A stretch of DNA of 27,266 nucleotides, taken from a virus. The number at the start of each line of letters is the position of its first letter. Positions within the stretch are counted from its first letter, which is position 1. The notes under the pieces were generated by a model. The model was not told the origin of the DNA. It ran no database searches and saw only the letters and a program-made list of their open reading frames with translations. Location: IMG/VR virus record IMGVR_UViG_3300048928_000524, positions 1 to 27,266 of that record. The stretch is one strand, 5' to 3'. Below are positions 23,209 to 27,266 of the stretch, in pieces. Made by a program: the position numbers and the translations under genes.

Positions 23209-23235
23209 CATTTCTACATCCCATCGAGGAGCCGC

Positions 23236-24399
23236 ATGGCATCTTCTTTCTTCCACGGCATCACCACCACGATTGTCGACACCGGCCCGCGCCCGATCGC
23301 CGTGCCGTCGTCGTCCATCATCGGCCTGGTCGACACGTTCACACCGGGCCCGGATCTCGTGCAGCCCGATGTGCCGGTGCAGATCACCAACGCGCGGGAG
23401 GCGGCGCAGGCCTTCGGGCAGAACAGCGCCATCACCCGCGCCATCAAGGCCATTCAGGAGCGCACCTCGGCTGTCATCGTTGCAACCGGCGTAGCCGAGT
23501 CGGACGATGCGGACGCGCTCACCTCCAGCGTCATTGGCGGCACCACGGGCACCGGCATGCGCACCGGCCTGCAATCGCTGCTCGATGCCAAGTCGCGTTT
23601 CAACGTGCAACCGCGCCTGCTGATCGCGCCGGGGTTCTCCGCGCGGCAGCCGGTCGCAACGGCCATGGATGCACTGGCCTCCAAGCTGCGCGCCATCGGC
23701 ATCATCGATGGGCCGAACACCACCGACGAAGCCGCGCTCGCGTACGCCGGGAATTTCGGCTCCAAACGCCTGTACATGGTCGACCCGGGCGTGCGCACAT
23801 GGGACACCACCGCCAACGCAGAAGTTGACGCACCGGCATCGGCCTTCGTTGCTGGCCTGTTCGCCTACACCGATGCGCAGTACGGCTACTGGGCGTCGCC
23901 GTCCAACAAGGAATTCGTCGGCATCACCGGCACCGGCCGGCCCATTGAGTTTCTCGACAACGATCCGTCCTGCCGCGCCAACCTGCTCAACGAGGCCCGC
24001 ATCGCCACCATCATCCGTGACGGTGGCTACCGCCTTTGGGGCAACCGCACGCTGTCGGCAGACCCGAAATGGTCGTTCGTCACGCGCGTGCGCACTCTCG
24101 ACATCCTCATGGATGCGGCGCAGGCCGGCCACAAATGGGCGGTCGACCGGGGCATCACCAAAACGTACGTGCACGACGTTACCGAAGGCCTGCAGGCGTT
24201 CATGCGCGACCAGCGCAACGCGGGCGCGCTGATCAATTTCGAGGTCTATGCAGACCCGGTGCTCAACACCGCCAGCCAGATCGAGCAGGGCCGCGTCGTG
24301 TGGAACGTGCGGTTCACCGATGTCATCCCCGCAGAAAACCCGAACTTCCGCTTCGAAGTCACCAACGAGTGGCTGACCGAAGTGCTCGACACCAAATAA
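23236..24399 (+). CDS. Tail sheath protein (P2 FI family)
   Basis: The protein is 387 aa. The N-terminus FFHGITTTIVDTGPRPIAVPSSSIIGLVDT parallels P2 FI [28 protein letters not shown]. The position upstream of the tube gene fits. Confidence 0.95.
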   Translation: MASSFFHGITTTIVDTGPRPIAVPSSSIIGLVDTFTPGPDLVQPDVPVQITNAREAAQAFGQNSAITRAIKAIQERTSAVIVATGVAESDDADALTSSVIGGTTGTGMRTGLQSLLDAKSRFNVQPRLLIAPGFSARQPVATAMDALASKLRAIGIIDGPNTTDEAALAYAGNFGSKRLYMVDPGVRTWDTTANAEVDAPASAFVAGLFAYTDAQYGYWASPSNKEFVGITGTGRPIEFLDNDPSCRANLLNEARIATIIRDGGYRLWGNRTLSADPKWSFVTRVRTLDILMDAAQAGHKWAVDRGITKTYVHDVTEGLQAFMRDQRNAGALINFEVYADPVLNTASQIEQGRVVWNVRFTDVIPAENPNFRFEVTNEWLTEVLDTK

Positions 24400-24411
24400 C
24401 GGAGGCGCAAG

Positions 24412-24915
24412 TTGGTACCCGAGACACTCTACAACTTCAACCTGTTCGTGGATGGCACGAACCTCGCGGGGCAGGCGTCGGAGCTGACGCCGCCCAAGCT
24501 CAAGATCAAGACTGAGGACTACCGTGGCGGCGGCATGGATGCGCCCGTCAAGCTCGATATGGGCATGGAGGCGATGGAAGCGTCGTTCTCGCTCGTCACG
24601 CTGTCCACGGCCGTGCTGAAGCTCTTCGGCCTGGCCGATCAGAACGCCTTTAACGGCACGTTCCGCGGTGCTCTGCGCACCAAAGATGGCAAGACCCGCA
24701 GCGTCGTGCTCGTCCTGCGGGGCATGCTCTACGAGGTCGACCCCGGCTCGTGGAAGCCCGGCGAGAAGTCCGAATCCAAGTACTCCGTCAGCGCTGATTA
24801 CTACAAGCTCGAAATCGACGGCCGCGTCTGGCACGAGATCGACGTGCTTGGCTGCAAGCGCGTCATCGACGGCGTTGACCAGCTCGCCGACGTGCGCGCC
24901 GCCATCGGCATGTAA
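24412..24915 (+). CDS. Tail tube protein (P2 FII family)
   Basis: The TTG start has GGAGG 6 nt upstream. NFNLFVDG...LTPPKLKIKTEDYRGGGMDAPVKLDMGME matches the FII pattern LPKLTRKMEEYRGGGMDG. Confidence 0.95.
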   Translation: MVPETLYNFNLFVDGTNLAGQASELTPPKLKIKTEDYRGGGMDAPVKLDMGMEAMEASFSLVTLSTAVLKLFGLADQNAFNGTFRGALRTKDGKTRSVVLVLRGMLYEVDPGSWKPGEKSESKYSVSADYYKLEIDGRVWHEIDVLGCKRVIDGVDQLADVRAAIGM

Positions 24916-24938
24916 GACCCCACAAGAGACACACCAAG

Positions 24939-25259
24939 ATGCAAACCACCACCATCAAGCTGAAGTTTCCCGCCACCGTCAACGGCGTCAAGGTCGATGC
25001 GCTCACGCTGCGCCAGCCTACCGTGCGCGACATGCGCGTCGCCGGGCAGCAGTCGGGCGGGGATGAAGAACTGCGCGAGATCCTGCTGTTCGCCTCGCTC
25101 GCCACCGCTGGCCAGAACGACATCGAGGGCCTGACCTACGTCGACTATCAGCGCGTGCAGCGCGGCTACTTTCGGCTGCTGGCCGACCGCGAGGGTGCCG
25201 ATGCGGGAGGTCAAGCTGCTGACCAAGCGCCTGCTGGCGATGGGCGTCAGCCCCTCTGA
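24939..25259 (+). CDS. Tail assembly chaperone gpE
   Basis: This 106-aa ORF lies between the tube and tape measure genes. KLKFPATVNGVKVDALTLRQPTVRDM...DYQRVQRGYF is the gpE-type pattern. Confidence 0.85.
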   Translation: MQTTTIKLKFPATVNGVKVDALTLRQPTVRDMRVAGQQSGGDEELREILLFASLATAGQNDIEGLTYVDYQRVQRGYFRLLADREGADAGGQAADQAPAGDGRQPL

Positions 25260-25308
25260 CATTGACGCCATGACGGTCGACGACATGGTGTGGTGGTTGA
25301 CCGACTGA
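25201..25308 (+). CDS. GpE-family segment: E-prime C-terminal extension, or a separately initiated 35-aa peptide
   Basis: My translation of the +1 phase is MREVKLLTKRLLAMGVSPSDIDAMTVDDMVWWLTD*. This resembles the short conserved GpE-family region (..W/V SPSD/E hD.M(S/T)h.Eh..W). The phase is open from 25135. GAGGG lies 5 nt upstream of ATG 25201. Confidence 0.6.
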   Translation: MREVKLLTKRLLAMGVSPSDIDAMTVDDMVWWLTD

Positions 25309-25351
25309 CGCAGCAACGCGCCCCAAACGCCGCCAAGTAGCAGGAGCACGG

Positions 25352-27266
25352 ATGGCAACAAAAGATATCGCCCTTGGCATCGTCATCGGCGGCGCGGTCA
25401 GCTCAACCCTGGGCCGTGCCGTCAACGAGGTCGGCACCAAGCTGGAGGCACTCAAGAAACGCGCCGGCGAGGCACGCGTCTGGCAGAACGCCATTGGCGA
25501 GACGCAGCGCCTGCAGCGCGAGTTTCGCGATCTGCACGCCGCCGGCGACCGCGCGGCAGACAAGGTGCGCATCAAAATCGAGCGCAATACCCGCGCGCTG
25601 CACGATGCCGGGTTCGAGGTCGACCGGCTCGACCGCTCCTACCAACGGCTCGGCCGCACCGCTCGTGGGCTGGAACTGCGTGCGCGCGGCGCCGAGCTCA
25701 TCGCCAGTGGCCGAGACCGCCTGCGCAACACCATTGGCGACACCGGCAAGTTTGTCGCTGCCGCCGCAGTGCCCACGGCCATCTCCGCCAACTACGAAGC
25801 CATCATCCGCGACATCGCCATCAAGGCCGGCGCCGCGCGCACCGACAAAGAGCGCGAGATGAGCAGCGGCATTGCCGCCTCCGCGCAGCAAAGCGGTATC
25901 GGCCGAAACGTGCTGGCAGATGCCGTCAACCAGATGGTGTCGGCCGGCATGGATCTCGACCGCGCGCTGTCGTTCGCGCCGCTGGTGGGCAAGTTCTCCG
26001 TCAGCCAGGGCTCAGACCCGAAAGAAACCGCGCGGATGATCCAGGCGCTCGAGCAGAACGCCAAGATCATCGACCCCGCCAAGATGGCCCAGGCGCTGGA
26101 AACCATCTCGTTTCAGGGCAAGGAAGGCTCCTTCGAATCGAGCGACATGGCGCGCTGGTTCCCCGTGCTGCTGGCCGACATGCAGAAGCTGGGCATTGTC
26201 GGCAATTCGTCGGTCGAGCAGCTCGGCGCGCTGCTGCAGGTGCAGATGAAAACCGCCGGCAGCGCAGACGAGGCGGCCAACAACACCAAGAACTGGTTCT
26301 CCAAGATCGGCAGCGCGCAAACAGCGGGCAACTACGCCCGCGCCGGCATCGACTATCAGGCCAAGATGCGCGAGGCCATCGGCAAGGGCTGGAGCACGAT
26401 GGAAGCATCCTTCGTGCTGGCCCGCGCGTACATCGAGCAGGCCGACCCCGAGAAAGCCCAGCAACTCGCCGCCGCAGCCAAGCAGTTCAACAACGAATCC
26501 GACCCCGCCAAGCGCGAAGCGCAAATGCGCGCGTTTGAAGAGACCATGAAGACCGGCGATCTCTTCAACGACATGCAGGTCAAGGCCGCGCTGACCGCCT
26601 ACATGCAGAACTCGGATCTGTATCAACGCCTCAAGCGTGAGGGCGCCCAGGCCACCGGCGAGATTGAGAAAGACCTGGAAGACCGCCGCGCGAGCTCCAA
26701 ACAGAAGTGGGCCGAAGTCGGGCAGGCGTGGGATGAAGCCATGCGTCGCATTGGCGATGCGCTCAAGCCTGTAACGGATAGCGTAGCGGATCTCGCCGCC
26801 GGCGCCGGAATGTCGGTCGGTAAGCTCGCGGCGGAATCGCCCAAGGCCACCGTCGCCATCGGCGGCGTGCTGGCATCAATTCTGGCGTTCAGAAGCGCCC
26901 GCGCCGTGTGGTCGATCGGCAAGGGGCTCACCAACATCGCTCGCGGCACTGCCGTGGCTGCAGGTGTCGGCCGTGCGGCGGAGGTGGCCGGCACTGCCGC
27001 CAAGGTGGCACCGGCCGCCGCAATGGCGCCCGGCGTGCTGGGCGCTTCGGGCCGGTTCCTGAAAGGTGCAGCGCCCAAGCTGGGCAAGGTCGGCTCGGTC
27101 GCGGGCGTTTTGGCGCTGGTGGGCACGGCTGGCATAGCAAGCGCCGAAGCGGCAGAGAGCCCCGGCTCCAAGGCCGACAAGGCCAAAGCCATCGCGGGCA
27201 TCGGCGCAGGCCTCGCGGGCGAGCTTGCCGGCGGCGCAGCGGGCCGCGCCATTGGCGCTGTCGCCG
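25352..27266 (+). CDS. Tail tape measure protein, N-terminal ~638 codons (runs off the window)
   Basis: This ORF is not in the track because it has no stop in the window. The ATG at 25352 has AGGAG 5 nt upstream. My translation MATKDIALGIVIGGAVSSTLGRAV...ISANYEAIIRDIAIKAG...VNQMVSAGMDLDRAL...FESSDMARWFPVLLADMQKLG is typical of a tape-measure core, followed by Gly/Ala-rich hydrophobic segments. The three minus-strand track ORFs here are shadows. Confidence 0.9.
   Translation, partial: MATKDIALGIVIGGAVSSTLGRAVNEVGTKLEALKKRAGEARVWQNAIGETQRLQREFRDLHAAGDRAADKVRIKIERNTRALHDAGFEVDRLDRSYQRLGRTARGLELRARGAELIASGRDRLRNTIGDTGKFVAAAAVPTAISANYEAIIRDIAIKAGAARTDKEREMSSGIAASAQQSGIGRNVLADAVNQMVSAGMDLDRALSFAPLVGKFSVSQGSDPKETARMIQALEQNAKIIDPAKMAQALETISFQGKEGSFESSDMARWFPVLLADMQKLGIVGNSSVEQLGALLQVQMKTAGSADEAANNTKNWFSKIGSAQTAGNYARAGIDYQAKMREAIGKGWSTMEASFVLARAYIEQADPEKAQQLAAAAKQFNNESDPAKREAQMRAFEETMKTGDLFNDMQVKAALTAYMQNSDLYQRLKREGAQATGEIEKDLEDRRASSKQKWAEVGQAWDEAMRRIGDALKPVTDSVADLAAGAGMSVGKLAAESPKATVAIGGVLASILAFRSARAVWSIGKGLTNIARGTAVAAGVGRAAEVAGTAAKVAPAAAMAPGVLGASGRFLKGAAPKLGKVGSVAGVLALVGTAGIASAEAAESPGSKADKAKAIAGIGAGLAGELAGGAAGRAIGAVA

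Larger units (their letters stand above)
1..27266. mobile_element. Prophage / temperate phage genome segment: immunity and early region, lambda-type cos packaging and head module, P2-type contractile tail module. The right end is cut inside the tape measure gene.
   Basis: There is a continuous run of recognisable phage genes: repressor/Cro/CII, Nu1- and gpA-like terminase, lambda-family portal, capsid E, P2 V-W-J-I-H-G, sheath, tube, E, tape measure. Start/stop overlaps typical of phage operons are present (GTGA at 10412, ATGA at 12570 and 7743). Confidence 0.9.

Noticed and set aside
22885-24834. 649-aa minus-strand ORF, the longest ORF on that strand
   Set aside because: It is antisense to the sheath and tube genes, which have clear P2 FI/FII similarity. 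Its translation is Arg/Gly/Ala/Asp-rich with no recognisable domain.
25142-25222. Canonical -1 frameshift to make E-prime
   Set aside because: The -1 phase terminates at TGA 25220-25222. It would give a product shorter than gpE that lacks the conserved GpE-family segment.
25403-27252. Three minus-strand track ORFs (25403..25891, 26012..26626, 26623..27252)
   Set aside because: They lie opposite an uninterrupted plus-strand frame from ATG 25352 that encodes a typical tape measure protein. That frame is missing from the track only because it has no stop within the window.
1-27266. Search for CRISPR repeats, tRNA/tmRNA, IS inverted repeats, att direct repeats, integrase, lysis genes and LexA boxes (CTGT-N8-ACAG)
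   Set aside because: I recognised none by eye. The LexA-box and att searches were not exhaustive and need a computational scan.

Overview
This window is a slice of a temperate phage (prophage) in a high-GC genome. The host looks beta-proteobacterial (Burkholderia/Ralstonia-like), but that is inference from composition and homologue style only.

Layout, left to right:
- (a) 1-291: the start of a leftward early operon, with two small minus-strand ORFs that are absent from the ORF track. They sit behind an operator block that is an inverted copy of the cI/cro operator.
- (b) 240-3100: a clearly low-GC island. Hand counts give 25-31 G+C per 60 nt here, against 43/60 in the terminase gene. It carries two plus-strand genes: a 476-aa protein with a degenerate PD-(D/E)xK-like motif, and a 310-aa protein with an AbiJ-NTD4-like N-terminus and an Abi_C/HEPN-like C-terminus.
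- (c) 3050-3889: a 279-aa minus-strand gene of unknown function, followed by a short CI-type HTH repressor with its own terminator.
- (d) 4589-8442: a rightward early operon. It holds a Cro/YdaS-like gene, a phage 186 CII-like gene, small unknown genes (one of them reversed), an Rmf/CrpP-like gene, a winged-helix replication initiator and a possible Q-like regulator.
- (e) An intrinsic terminator, then a low-GC reversed moron encoding a secreted protein.
- (f) A lambda-type packaging and head module: Nu1-like TerS, gpA TerL, gpW, portal, ClpP-type protease/scaffold, gpD-like decoration protein, gpE-like capsid protein, and FII/Z-like connectors.
- (g) A P2-ordered contractile tail module: V, W, J, I, fibre, fibre chaperone, a small moron, sheath, tube, E/E-prime chaperone, and a tape measure gene truncated at the window end.

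I recognised no rRNA, tRNA, CRISPR array, IS element, integrase, att site or lysis cassette.

The best candidate for a new system is the low-GC two-gene island. It lies inside the immunity region, bracketed by OL-like and OR-like operators, which is the position rexAB occupies in lambda.

Many long ORFs in the track are GC-driven shadow ORFs antisense to, or out of frame with, recognisable phage genes.
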